A stretch of 63,935 nucleotides of DNA, counting the filler, from Asterionella formosa (lineage: Eukaryota), in NCBI GenBank assembly GCA_002256025.1. It is 5 parts of 5 records of this genome, joined end to end, with 100 filler letters (N's around TTAATTAATTAA, not from the genome) between each part and the next. Parts side by side here need not be neighbours in the genome. Positions count along the whole stretch, not along the records: positions 26,203 to 39,198 come from NKIB01007031.1; positions 39,299 to 52,278 come from NKIB01007037.1; 3 more parts are not named here. The stretch is one strand, 5' to 3'. The notes under the pieces are model-generated. The model saw nothing but the letters and a program-made list of their open reading frames with translations, did not search any database and was not told the DNA's origin. Position 1 is the stretch's first letter, and each line of letters opens with the position of its first letter. A program made the position numbers and the translations under genes. This document shows, piece by piece, positions 35,631 through 48,277 of this stretch.

Positions 35631-36448
35631 TGCAGAAGAAACGATGCTGAAAAATTCGTGTACCTTGACATTCAATGCTGCTGCTGTGGGTAGACTGTTC
35701 TCCATTTCTTGTAGTTTTGGTGTGAGTGCTGCCTTAACCCATTATATTTAAACCTTGAATTCATTTGTGAAATCAAACACATTATGTCCATCTGGGGGAG
35801 TATTCATCCAGGACAGATTATTCAGTGTCACCAGCAATGTGGGTTTGTCACTCCAAATTGTGACCATTGACTCTGTGTTAAATTTGTTGAAAGATATTGT
35901 TCCGTTTTATAACATCAATACTGATGCAATTGCAATTGCAAAGAGTTCCTCCCACATAGAGATATTTGTAGTAGGTATTCAGTCCACCAGTGCTGTGCAG
36001 GCGGCAATATTTGGCATCCTTTCCAATTCCCTCTCGTTGCTTGGAGACACCAACCAAAAGAACATCGGGAATCTACTAGTTCCAGTTATTGGAGAAAACC
36101 CTCGATGCCAACAACAGCTGTATAGATCATCGCTTGCTTGTCCAAAGAAGCTTAAATGCGTTCATGAGGTGATGTCGTGAATCCTGCCATATTGCCTACT
36201 TACCCTGCGAAGAATATTAATTTCAATTCATGCTTCTAGACTAGTCGAGATAGAAGGTGTTGCACAAGGTCATAAAACCATGGAAGAAATGGGTGCGACA
36301 AATGAAGTTGATGTGAAAGGAAGCAACTTATATTGTAACGTCTTTGATTGGCTTTGTCAGATGCATAACCTCGATACACCAAATAGGATAATTCAAATGA
36401 TTCCCTAACTGTCATAGTATCTTAATCATCAGTCTAAAATGTACGTTT

Positions 36449-37462
36449 TTACAGGACACGCAAGGCTTCAAGCTTGCCCTCAATGTTGTCTTCTCGAACG
36501 AATATAAGAACATTGGATCCATTGTCTTCCAAGGGATTCTTTCTAATTTCACCTTTCTTGGGAGGCACTACAGCAACGATTGCATTAGGATCAGCAAAAT
36601 AAATTTGTAGATTCACTCGTCGAATATTTTCCTCTTTTCCTGCCAAAATCTCTTTTCCGGTCCCATCCACCATGCTGTCCAGAGAAATGGTCCATTCTGT
36701 AACTTCACCAGCGGTTACTTCTGATCCACCTTGCAAAGTATTTCGCACGTTCGGAAAAGGCCCTAGAATGCTGATCACCTCAAAAAGCTCAATACGGTTC
36801 TTCCCTTGAAATGTCAGAAAAATCTCTTGCAACCTAGCAAGTGGAACCTTGTGCAAACCCGATCCAATCTGGCAAATGGCGTCGTCTGATCCAACCCATG
36901 CCAGCCGGTAGAAGTATTGCTCCTTTCCTGCAGTCATGACTCGAAAGTTAGCTGACGGGAGATTCATCAGCATTTGTATCTGCTCAAGAATGTTTTCTAC
37001 CCCACTTCCTTTTTGACCAAGAATCTCATCGAGTTCATCCAAAATCAGTTGCACGGAAGCATAGTTGCGCTTGTCTTGTTCCATTCTTTCAGATTGCTTG
37101 GTGCGGCGACCTTTCTTCTCGTCGTCGAATGCAACAAACTGGGGGGACGAGCTGATGGGGTTGTCACCTTGCTCAACATTGGTCGGAACAGACTCTCCAC
37201 CAGCGGCTGCCCATTGAGCCAGGGCAGGGGAAACACCGCCACCGGTGGCCTTGTCCGACTGGGTGACTTTGCTAGGTTTCAGCTTCTTGGGTGAAGAAAT
37301 GATCCCTCCTTCTGTTAAATCAGCAAGACCGCGACGCTGTCTCTTCAGTCCGAACAAAGTTGTGGTGGAGCAACAGCTGCGAGTAGTCGAATATTTATTG
37401 AGCAAAAATGCACATGAGGGAATCAGTTGAATAACAAGCAGCATGCATCGACAGAGCTTCAT
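36449..37462 (-). CDS. Probable plastid-targeted protein of unknown function
   Basis: 337-aa single-exon ORF. Signal peptide ending SCA|F, Ser/Thr-rich transit peptide, globular C-terminal domain (RLAWVGSDDAICQIGSGLHKVPLARLQE). Confidence 0.75.
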   Translation of the reverse strand: MKLCRCMLLVIQLIPSCAFLLNKYSTTRSCCSTTTLFGLKRQRRGLADLTEGGIISSPKKLKPSKVTQSDKATGGGVSPALAQWAAAGGESVPTNVEQGDNPISSSPQFVAFDDEKKGRRTKQSERMEQDKRNYASVQLILDELDEILGQKGSGVENILEQIQMLMNLPSANFRVMTAGKEQYFYRLAWVGSDDAICQIGSGLHKVPLARLQEIFLTFQGKNRIELFEVISILGPFPNVRNTLQGGSEVTAGEVTEWTISLDSMVDGTGKEILAGKEENIRRVNLQIYFADPNAIVAVVPPKKGEIRKNPLEDNGSNVLIFVREDNIEGKLEALRVL

Positions 37463-37604
37463 ATTTAGTTGTAGTTGCGTTTCAGAATGTGGGTAATACC
37501 TTTTGATGATTGTTCAGGCAGCCAAGTACCGGTAATGTCTACCAGGTACCCTGGTACCGTTATATGTATCGATGTGAACGAAAACATCAGTCGTCATCAC
37601 CGTC

Positions 37605-39198
37605 TTGCTGAAGGCAATACACGCCCGAGGTGGTCTCTTGCCTGTGAGTACACATGTATACGAGAAGGCAAGTAGCCGCCGAGAAGGGTATTGTTGAGGC
37701 AATTCCCGCTCTAGCTATCGTCGCGTCATTCGCTTATCTACTGTCCACAAATTTAGCATAAATGTCATTTTTAGCCTACTATTGCCCATCATATAAAATA
37801 TATTTTGGATATTTCCTATCTTCACCTCGAAAATTGCCAAAGGTCCGATATTGCCCATCATTAAAATATATTTTGTATATTTCATATGTTCGCATTTTGG
37901 CAAGACAACAGACGCCAATTGCCCCTCGGTTTTCCAGCCCTGGGATTGCCGAAATCGGCAAGGGGTCTACTTAAGGAAACCATTTCATATACTATACAGA
38001 TTTGAGTATAATATATCAAGTGTTCACCGATCTGTTGTAAAATACATCGATTTTGTTTGTTTCCTAAAATGTGAGAGCGGAAATACAGCTTTGACACAGT
38101 AAATCATTTACCATCATGCCTCATTTGAAGCAAAATGTGTTCCTTGATGACTCCAGTAGCGACTCGTCTTCCAATGGATGTGGTTGGTTGTTGGACGACT
38201 CGTCTTCTTGTGGAATTCATGTTGTGACATCATACCTACTTCGTCGCAGTGGTGCCAAAATCGCTGTTCCCAATTCAATTGTTCTCAAAAAGTCTCAAAA
38301 TTCATCATCCGATCTGTTGGATACTGACGAATCGGATGATTGCTCATCGATAATATCGTTGATTGGACTGTTGGGGAACAAGATTCATGGGTTGCGCCGG
38401 TAAGAAGTCCATTTTGCGCCATTGTTGTCACATTTTTGGTGCTATTTTCCTACGTTATATTCAGTTATTCTTCAAAAATTTATTTTTTAGTATGTTTTCT
38501 ACGTGAAGATCAGATATGATGTCTCGGAAGCAAGTTTGAGAGTGCTTTTTATGATGCTCTAAAATATATAGTTGCTCTGTTTTAATTCAATCTTATTACC
38601 ATTCTAACATTCTGATTATTCTACAATGACAACGGGAACTAGAAGCCGTTGTTTCTCTCAAAGAGCAGTGACAAATACTGCTAAGCGCAAAGTGCAAGAT
38701 GATAACTGGCGTGCTGCATTGGCAATGTGTGCACTAGAAAGGAAAAAGAAGCTTGGGTATGTTGTTGATTGGTGTGTGCTTCCGCCCATGCTGGCTGACC
38801 GAATTGTCGATTTCATCCTAACATACTCTTCAATTCATTACATTCTTCAGCTTATTGGAACGGAATGAGGTTGTTGCAAATGCTGCAAGTATTCCCGAAG
38901 CAGCCATTGATTGGAATGAAGAAATAGAAAGGTGCGTTTGTTGTTGATTGTTGCATAATTTTGCTTCCATTTTGATTCATCTATCATTGATGATGCGATC
39001 ACTCACAGTCGCATTGTTTCCTTTCCGGTCATTGTCAGCTTTAAAGAAGCTTCTAAAAGCAATGTTTCTACAGTTGTGAACTCATCCAATGTTGTAGAAA
39101 CACCCAATTCTGACATTGATAGACCCAGCTCTGTTGATTGTCATGATTCTGAGGATGATTGCAACAGTACTACTAGCACATCTGATTCCGATTCAAGG
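37605..39198. mobile_element. Unclassified element, copy 2 (right end not seen; runs to contig break)
   Basis: TTGCTGAAGGCAATAC start. Near-identical to 33577-34023 except a 49-nt hairpin deletion. Weaker homology to 34060-34250 continues to ~38245. Confidence 0.7.
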
Positions 39199-39298
39199 NN
39201 NNNNNNNNNNNNNNNNNNNNNNNNNNNNNNNNNNNNNNNNNNTTAATTAATTAANNNNNNNNNNNNNNNNNNNNNNNNNNNNNNNNNNNNNNNNNNNN
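39199..39298. other. Artificial contig spacer
   Basis: N44-TTAATTAATTAA-N44. Confidence 0.97.
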
Positions 39299-39299
39299 C

Positions 39300-39467
39300 A
39301 TTGGTTTCGATCCTTTGGGACTCAAACCAACTGATGAGGCGGAGTTCAATGTTATGATTACCAAGGAGCTGCAAAACGGTCGTCTTGCTATGCTTGCCGC
39401 TGCGGGATTTATCGCCCAAGAGCTCGCGGATGGCAAGGGAATCATTGAGCACCTTCAATCCATGTAA
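39300..39467 (+). CDS. LHCX: 3' fragment of an LHCX (LI818/LHCSR-type) light-harvesting protein
   Basis: Not in the ORF track. Translates as [55 protein letters not shown]. 5' part lost at the contig edge. Confidence 0.9.
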   Translation: MGFDPLGLKPTDEAEFNVMITKELQNGRLAMLAAAGFIAQELADGKGIIEHLQSM

Positions 39468-40436
39468 AACATGGCAATTTAACTGCAACATGCAAGCTTG
39501 TTGTATGATTTACCAGCTACCAGCTAATACTTTTAGGCCCATCTTTCATCTTTGATGTACCACAAGTTATAGTTTTATTAGACTTGTCTAGTGCATATTG
39601 AAGGGCTGCAAAAGCACTTGTTACGGAATGAAAGCTGCGCGTTGTCAGTTCATAATTTGAGAGAGAACTCAAGTGAGACATTTGCAGTTTGATTCATTTT
39701 GATGTGCAACTGTAGCGTCACTCATTTATTGACATAGCAAAGCCTAACGGTAGTATGCACTGAATGCAATGCTATAGAGAATGTAAAACTGACTATAATA
39801 ACTGATGGTGTATCTTTAAGTACTAGGAACCTGTGGTAGTCTACCTGCTAGTCAGGCCGAATGATCGACACGGGTAGTTCCCTAAACTAAAGAAATAATA
39901 AAGTAATATTTGAGTGTTTCACCAATAGTTTTTGATTTTTCAATTCAACATACATTGTTATTTGATTGCAAACATCTCAAAATAGATTGTGTCCTGACAT
40001 TTGTTAGGATATATTGGAGCTACCCCCTGCCTAGATATCCACTCTGACAAAGCTGTTTAAGGCTTGGCCTTGCAACACCTATATGATGATCGCTCCTTGT
40101 GGGCGTACCAAAGTCTCGAAGAATTGACCACTCAAGATGTTGCTGAGAACTTTTGCTTCAATTCACAAAATAGCTTCAGAATAAAAGGTTTGGCTCTTTT
40201 GATCAATCAACTAGCGTGAGTTATTAGGTATTGGGTCAAACATAGATTTAGGAGTCGTGATGCTCAAAACCTACATTTTCGGTGTTACTCAAACCACGCC
40301 ACCATTCTTGCGTTGATTCCTTGATGAAAGAAGAACACTATTGTTATGCTCTTTTTGAAAAGGCCTCGTAGGTCCAAGTACAATCATCAAAAAGTTTTGC
40401 AGGTGTATGTGTTGTGCCTCTCATCAATCTTGCGCT

Positions 40437-41642
40437 TTACTTGCCTGCATCCTGGTTTCGTTGTTTGGGGCTGACAGTTGGAACAACAGAATAGTCCATG
40501 GAATTATTTGGGGGCTCAGTTGGAACTTTGCCGTTGTTACTATCAGCTGGAAGTGGAGGGCTACTATGATTCCTTGTCGGGAGGCGAGTCAGAGTGACAC
40601 CATTTGGACTAGGAATGGGCAGTGTTTGAGGCGGATTGACGAAAATGTCATCATTTATTCCTGTGAATATGTCGTCATCAATAGTAGGAGTTCTTGTCGG
40701 TGTGCTCTTATGCCATATTAAAGAAGGGCGATTCGAGATTCCGCTGCTTGGGCCGCGAGCAGGCTGTGGTTGCGGCGGCCTAGTGAACAAATCATCATTA
40801 TTTCCAGTAAGAACATCGTCGTGAACGTGAGGAACACCGGTTTGCACATGAATTGGACTTGCTATACGAGAGGTTTCGTTGCCCGAACCGGGAGCTGGGA
40901 TAGGTTGTCTCGGTGTCGAGAACAAATCATCATGTTCTCCTCCAGTTAGAACATCGTCGTTAGTGGTAGGGGATATAGTTGACTCAGCAAGAGGAGCACT
41001 TGATGGATCCCTGGAAAATTTATCGGCTTCTGTTGATTTCACCGGCTTCCCATCGATAACCATGATACATTTGTGGTTAGCATCATAATATTCGCAATCC
41101 ATGTCATATCCATTGTCATCATGGCAGTTTCCAAAATTGTCATAATTCTTGCACTTCTCTTTTGATCCGCTATCGTGGTACGAGTCGTCATCGCGGGTTA
41201 CTTCAACGCAATCATCGCTGGAGTTGTAGTATCCGTTGCATTTGCTATTTTTCTTTGGAACTTGATTCGAGCCAGGAACTGCAACATGAAACAGATCATC
41301 GCTATACGAGCTATTTGCATCATCGCCATATGGCGAAAGTGTCGCTTTCTTGACTTTTTCCTTCTTATTCTTATCCTTTCGATCCTTTACTTTTTTTTCC
41401 TTCTTAGCGTTGACGGCATAAATGTTTGCTTCACCATGGTCATACCCTCCATTGGCCTTTTCGAGATCTGACTGCTGGACAAAAGATAGCCCAAGAGCTC
41501 CCTTGGGATGCCGACGGCGACCGCCCGTTCCCGTCACTATTCTCACTCTGACATGGATGTCATCCGTGTTATCTGCTGATGCAGCAGAAATGACTAAAAA
41601 TAGTGACAGGATGCTGAGAGCGGTATGGTGGATCTTTGTCAT
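40437..41642 (-). CDS. Secreted low-complexity protein with Lys-rich block, Cys/Asp/Tyr-rich block and three DDxxTG..DDxF..PxQ repeats
   Basis: Clear signal peptide (…VISAASA|DN). 401-aa ORF with internal repeats. The 3' end could be spliced further (CAG|GCAAGT). Confidence 0.65.
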   Translation of the reverse strand: MTKIHHTALSILSLFLVISAASADNTDDIHVRVRIVTGTGGRRRHPKGALGLSFVQQSDLEKANGGYDHGEANIYAVNAKKEKKVKDRKDKNKKEKVKKATLSPYGDDANSSYSDDLFHVAVPGSNQVPKKNSKCNGYYNSSDDCVEVTRDDDSYHDSGSKEKCKNYDNFGNCHDDNGYDMDCEYYDANHKCIMVIDGKPVKSTEADKFSRDPSSAPLAESTISPTTNDDVLTGGEHDDLFSTPRQPIPAPGSGNETSRIASPIHVQTGVPHVHDDVLTGNNDDLFTRPPQPQPARGPSSGISNRPSLIWHKSTPTRTPTIDDDIFTGINDDIFVNPPQTLPIPSPNGVTLTRLPTRNHSSPPLPADSNNGKVPTEPPNNSMDYSVVPTVSPKQRNQDAGK

Positions 41643-42077
41643 GGTGATGATGGCTTTTTATGTGGTGCAAATGGAGTCATTTCTCTATCATTTTTTTCAT
41701 GGTTCGGAACTACAGGGTCATTCAGACGTTTTGAGATACTACATACGCACACGCACCGCCCATTACCAGGTAGTATGAAATATCATGGCAAAACTTCATC
41801 CAGTACAACCATCTTATGCACCGGTATTCACCGGCACCTTACTAGGTAGGAGTACCAGGAGGTACTGGTACTCCAATTAGATTTGTCTATGACCGGTACC
41901 TGGTACCGCTATGTCCGCTATGCCGGTATATTTACACCGTAATTTGTATGCAGCTGCAGGTACATCGACTATAAAAAGTAAACTCATTAGATTCCTTCTC
42001 TGATTAAACATTAGCATGTGTGCTTGGTGCTGACCGAAACTTACATTGTTACCAATACTCTCGACCATTGTCCAAGC

Positions 42078-43033
42078 ATGACTTCAACCATCATTCCCCC
42101 AGTTACATTTCCTGTCGCTTCCTCATCAGCAGGAGGAGATTCAATAATGGTAGCGCCTGATGCGCCCACAGGACGAGAGTCTCCCAATTCGAGATTGGCC
42201 AGTACGACGGCATGCCTACCAATCGTATATGGCTCTGTCGCATTCTATTTGGGAAAGAAGGCAGACGAATTTAGCACACATAAATGGTCGCTTTATCTGC
42301 GAGGCCCTAATGATGAAGACATTTCGTTAAGTATTGCCAAGGTGATTTTCCAGCTCCACCCTTCATTTTCGCAGCCAGTTCGAGAGCTAGTGTCACCTCC
42401 TTTCGAAGTAACCGAGCGAGGTTGGGGAGAGTTTGAAGCGCAAATAAGAATTATTTGGAAAGATCTCGACGAGAAGCCGACTGTGGTACGTCTATATTTT
42501 GCATTTTGTTGGCCATGTACTGCGATCGAACCTACCGGAATGGGTATTCAACTCACCGCCATTATGTATAACTGCCACACGTCCTACAGTTGACACACGG
42601 TATAAAACTGTATCCAGCTGGGACGACAAACATGCAGCCAACCAAAGAGCCAGTAGTGGCGGAGTCTTACGACGAAGTTGTCTTTACCGACCCTAAAGAA
42701 TCATTTTACCGCCAACTCATCCGCATTTCACATGCACCTAAAGTGCAAAGTACAGATCCCGAGGTTCAAGCATGCTACAAGAGATATTCTGACGAAGACG
42801 ACTTTCAACAATTGCTGGAGGCACAAAACTTTCTGTCAAAAGAACTAGCACAAGTTAAGGAACGCATGATAATGGTGAATGGCGATTTAGAGCAAGTGGA
42901 CAAGGCCTTGATTGAAATTCAAGAGGCAAAGAAGGCAACAGCTGCCAATAATCGAGCAAATGCTGTCGTTAAGGTCAAGGCCATCACAGCTGCAACGGTA
43001 CCTGCAGCCAAGAAAGCCAAGGTGGGACCATGA
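42078..43033 (+). CDS. YAF9: YEATS-domain protein (Yaf9/GAS41); intron 42486-42589
   Basis: PIVYGS, THKWSLYLRG, FQLHPSF, PPFEVTERGWGEFE. GTACGT...TACAG joins to LTHGIKLYP..VVAESYDEVVF. C-terminal coiled coil. Confidence 0.92.
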
Positions 43034-44421
43034 TGGGCTCATGTGGACATCCTAAGGGTAGGTTTAATAACAACAATATCGAAACCATAACATGGTTCAT
43101 ATTTGCCCAGAAAGATTTGTCTTGAACTGAATTTATATGACTTCCTCGCCCGCCCTCCCGCCCGCCCGCCCTGTACATTAAATTGAGTGCAGACATCAAA
43201 ACAGGTAAATGGTTTATTTTTCTGGTGTCATTTGGAACATCGCATTCAGCTTTTTCTTCGTAAGCAATTGATTTATTGGTCAATTTCTCGAATAAATACC
43301 AGTAAACAACTTCATGCGCTCCTAACCATTTTTGGTTGCACTTGAAGTATATAGTAAGAAGTACTTGCATCATAGCAACAAGCACAGCATTACTTTCGTG
43401 TTTTCGCCGATCTATACCGGTACTTACTTTTCACGAGAATTATTGTTTTTCTGTCTCATCATGTTTGTTGTTTGTCACTTCGCATCTTCCCTCACCCCAA
43501 GCAGCAAACTTGATACAGTCCAGTGATCACGATTCACGGAGCAAGTCCGTCATCAGCCAAAGAAATTTCTGTGTTCTACATCTGGTCGTGCAGAAGCCGC
43601 AGCACATGATGGAGAACGCATTTACAATGAATGTGGAGCTGCGATTCGCTCACACAGGGTGAGACTCACGAATGCATACCAAAGTTGCTATAGTGTTAGC
43701 CATAAAAATTATTGTGTCAAGATATCTTTGTGCATAGTTTTCTTTGTGACCACATATTTAAATGTACTCCAGATATTCAGGTATATATACTGCATATATT
43801 CCTAATTATCATATGGTCATGAATGTATATAGAATTACACACCGATAGTAGGTAGCCCTGCGGCCATACAATGCATTTGTATGTATATGACATATTCGTA
43901 AGTGCTTGTTCGGAGTTTTCGTGTCCTAGGTACCAGGTACCAGGTGCCGATACTTACTATCTTGTTCATGCGTAAAACCGCTGAGTCGAAATGCGCCATA
44001 ATAATTGAAGAGAAGCTCACCTTCAATGCTCGCTCTACCGGTAGTCGTCACCGTAGCAACTGTGTCGTTGCTCGCTTTAAAGTTGTTGTCCTATCCTTCT
44101 TCCAATATAATTGTGACAACTGCTGTCCGTAGTTGATGCTTTTCTATCTGATTAGTGAATCCCCGCAAAGACATGGCCCGAGTACTGTTTGATAGTGGTG
44201 TTCCCAATTGTGAACCATATGGAAGCGGGATGCAAGCAACGCGCGAACATGGGCAAGCAGCGTTGTCCCATGGTTCAGAAATCCAAAAAGTTGCTCGATG
44301 CCTTGAATGCAGAGCTCAGAAATGCGCCAATGCCAATGCAAAGGTGACTTTTCAGGAGCGTCGAACCCGTTTTGTATGCCGGCGGCGGCCCATAAGGGTC
44401 GAGTCTTGTGCATCGTGGCTG

Positions 44422-46508
44422 ATGACGGTGTTCCTATTTTGCGTCTTAAAATCATCCGTGTTTGTACATGCGACCTTTGCACCCACTTCTACGCCGAGTT
44501 CGCCTTCCGCGCCGTTTACAGTGTCACCTTCCAAGCTGCCATCGGATGCAATCACGGCTGCGCCACTGTCCTCTCCTGACACAGCTGCTCCAGTAAGTCC
44601 TTTGGCGGATCCGTCCAATTCCCCATCTAGCCAACAATTGGATCTACCGACTACAGCACCAAGCCTAAGCATTGATCAAACCGGGAGTCCTACTTCCAAT
44701 GATTTTCCAACCCCTTTACCGATATATTTCCCCACCTCCACTTCAACAGAAACACCAGTAACGCCAGAAACGTCAGCTCCGAGTCAAAGTCCGATAACTT
44801 CAACGCCAAGTCGCACATCACCTGAGCCTACTCTCTATCCAACATCTCTACCCTCCGCTGTACCAACTTCTCCTTATCCAACATTTCTTAGCAAAGCATC
44901 CGGACACTATCGACAAAGATTTATTCTAGGAAGCGGCATTGCTGTTGATGCAACAGGGAGAGACAGTTTCGAACAAGTGATGGAAAGTTACACTCCTTTG
45001 CTTGCAATAAACGATACTAGCCCACCTGGAAATACAGAGATGTACCAAAACGTCACTTCCATCTGCACATTTGTTTCTCAGTTGTTAGTACACAGAAGAA
45101 GATTTTCAACTCGGAACTTGAGGATATTGTACCATCAAGACCGAAGCCTGGCTAGCCGAAGAAATGCATCGGGGCAAGAAGTACTAGGAGAATTGATCGA
45201 AGTCAAGTATGTAATTCAATACAGGTCGTTATTGATTGACGTTTCAGAATTCCCCGAACTGTTCCTATCTTTTGTAAATGAAAGTCTTGTGAAAGTTACG
45301 CTGGACATGCAAGAGGCCGGCGTGAATTTCACTCAATCGTTCCCTGTGTACCTTGTAAGTCCTGTAGACGCGACTGATGCTCCATCAGAGAGTCCTTCCC
45401 CAAGTCCCTCCCACAACACCTCCATTACAAACAGCAAGAAAACCGCAGTGATTGCCGCTGTGTCGGTGGGGATTGCAATAATCTGCCTTGTTGCATTATT
45501 CATTTGTCAAAAACGAAAAAGGGAAAGTGCGGTTCAGTCAGGAGGCACCATCGTGACAACCACTAGTGTTTCATCAGCTGTGGCCGTTCCCAAAAACATC
45601 AATATTGTAAATAAAGTTCAGCCCGACGCTTTGGAATCCCTCAAAGAAAGTGGGCGAAGTGATGCAAATGTAGGTGGTTTTGTCACTGAAGACTCTTTGA
45701 AGTCCCACGTTTCGCTGATATCTGCAGGGGCTGATGTAGGTGGCAACTCAATTGACGAGGCTGACAACACGCATTTTTTGGCCGACGAATTTGACCAATT
45801 TAAGGATCAGAACTTGGAACGAATGAGAAGTGATGTAGAAGGAACAGTTAAAGAGGTCGACGGGATGATGAGTCAGGCGATGACATACGCGTTACTTGAT
45901 GATGACGAGATCCAAGTTGACCAAAAGATCTTGTGTTGGGGAGGTCTTGGTGACCCAACGGAAATTGAAGCCACGGCACTTTGCGAAGTACATGATTGGC
46001 AGAAACGTCACGAAGGAGCCAGTATTCAATATAGGTGAGTTTCAATTGTTTCTTTAATAAATGCAAGAAATCTAGTCTCACCATCTGCGCTCATCTCAGA
46101 CGAGGATTCATGCAAGAAATCCTTAATAAGATGGTGTCGAGTGTTCGACATGGCGTGATGGAACCGGAGCAAGGGGCCCGCACAATTCATGAATGCGCTG
46201 CGATGCTTGGGCTTCCTGTTGCTGTAGATTTGGACGAGGTATCGTTAATAGTCACTGGGATGCGGAAGACGGTTAAAAAAGTCGATCTTATCGCAGGGTT
46301 CAAGGAATTTGGTTTGATTGACTACGCGGCCATTTCGTCGAACGCCCGTGGATTTGGTATCGTGCGTTTTCTGTCACCCAGCTCGGCACAACGCGCTTTG
46401 GTGAAGTACAAAAAAGCAGAGGTTGTTGTACAAGACGTTGCGGTAACTATTAAAGTTCTTTCTTCGGCTGACAGCGACCGCTCAGTTAACGCAACAGTAC
46501 GCAAGTGA
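44422..46508 (+). CDS. Type I membrane protein: signal peptide, Ser/Thr/Pro-rich ectodomain, TM helix, cytosolic helical region + RRM; intron 46035-46099
   Basis: MTVFLFCVLKSSVFVHA signal. PTS-rich stalk. TM VIAAVSVGIAIICLVALFIC followed by KRKR. AG|GTGAGT...TCAG|A in frame. RNP2-like LIVTGM and RNP1 RGFGIVRF. Confidence 0.75.
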
Positions 46509-47135
46509 AGGTAGCAAATCGCTTTCAACATGTGAACCAAGAAAAACATTACAACAGTTAATTTTCTATCCAAAACTTACAATCATGATGTAGAACCTCT
46601 ACCAATATCATGATCGGCTATGGATTTCACAGGCTGAAGCAAACAAAGGACCACACTAAATAACTTATAAATGATATTTCTACTACAGTGCCAGATGTTT
46701 TAAATTCCAAGCTCCGCTGGTGATACTTCTCGGCGAATCATCGTCACATCAATGGACAGCTGTAAATTAATATTGCGGGTTTGGATTTTCGAGAGTATCC
46801 TCCCCTTGCAAGCAACACAGGAAGCGTTGACTTTCGCAGCTGTTGCTGCCCTGGCACCTTGACCTGGTACTACTCCTTGATTCTGGTTTCTGATGTCTAA
46901 ATTTTGTTCCATGATCAATAGTTATCAACAACTTCTCTTCATTGCTTTTAGTCAGTACTAGATAGTGTCACATTGTAACCAGCTGTTGAAGTAGCCACCA
47001 GAATATCAATTTTCAAATGCCTAGGTAAGGTTTTAGTTCCAATTAGTACATAAAAAATAGATGAAAAGGATCCAGTCCCCTCTTCCTAATTGCACCATTT
47101 CCTCTCTTCTAGCATCATATGCAGAACGCGACCAA

Positions 47136-47687
47136 TTAAAGGAACCAAGTCATACCTTGTAAATATGCGTCCAATGTGGCTTCAAAATTTGTCGAGGAGA
47201 CATCCATGGTTCCCTCCATGCTTGATTTGTACAGAGGCGAACGGACAACACAATCAACCCAAATATTGGTATATATATGCTTCAAAGCAGATCTAATCGC
47301 TGCTTGTGACTGGTCCGAGGTATTCGACGTGTAAAGTGCAAATCGGATCCCACTGATTGTTTCAAAGTTGTGCAAAGTGCCTGCTCCGGTTCGAACCGAA
47401 TGAAGGCCTGGATGTCGAAAATTTCAGAATTAATATCGCTGGCTTAATATGGGTAGGCATGAATGATTTTTAAAGTCAAGAAGAAACGTACCAGGATCCT
47501 TTCCCTTGTTTTCAGGAGCTAAGCTACCAACCATTTCTCGTAGGGAGAAGAGCATTCCAAAGACGAGTTTCCGTTGTTCCGACAGTTGCTCTTCATCCAC
47601 TGATTGACCGGGCTGTGCTTTCCCGTACCTCTTTGTGAACAGCGTACTTCCTCTTCGGTCGAAGACGTGCAATGAGTGGACTCCCAT
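47136..47687 (-). CDS. BET5: TRAPP complex subunit 1 (Bet5/TRAPPC1); intron 47491-47408
   Basis: LHVFDRRGSTLF, KLVFGMLFSLREMV, LHNFETISGIRF, IWVDCVVRSPL. G|GTACGT...CAG|GC in frame. Confidence 0.9.
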
Positions 47688-48277
47688 TTTGGACGGCGCT
47701 CAACAACAAATTTGATGAATGAAGAAAAGAAGTAAAGAGGACACCAAAATAAATTATGACATGTTTATGACCAAGGTATAGTTAGTTAGTTAGTACTAGA
47801 CTATTACTATGTATTTTTACCGAGGTACGAGTACCTGGTACTACCGATGCGTACAACATGATGGTGGTTCCATGCATTTTATCGCATGATGACTCTTTTT
47901 CACCTTCTACCCTCATGATATTTTCTCCCTTTATTGTTGCTTGGCCTTCTTGTCTCAACAACATGACCGGCAAGACAAGTGCATCATCCATCAGGGAGGA
48001 CAGATCACACATAAGCAGGCAGTGCAGAAAATGTCGCAATCGTCAGGCATGTAAACTTGGTTGTATGATGCATATTCAAATAAAAATTAGGATTTCAACA
48101 TTCTAGAACCCTCTACATTAAGGTATCCTCCATAGTAGACTACTAACTACAAACTAGCAACAAAAAATTGCAAACGGCAGAATTCAACACTTCTGCAATT
48201 ATATAGCCTCTAGCCAAAGCTACATACCTATACAAACTAAAGAGCACCCGTTGACCCTCCGTCAGGTAATTGACAGA

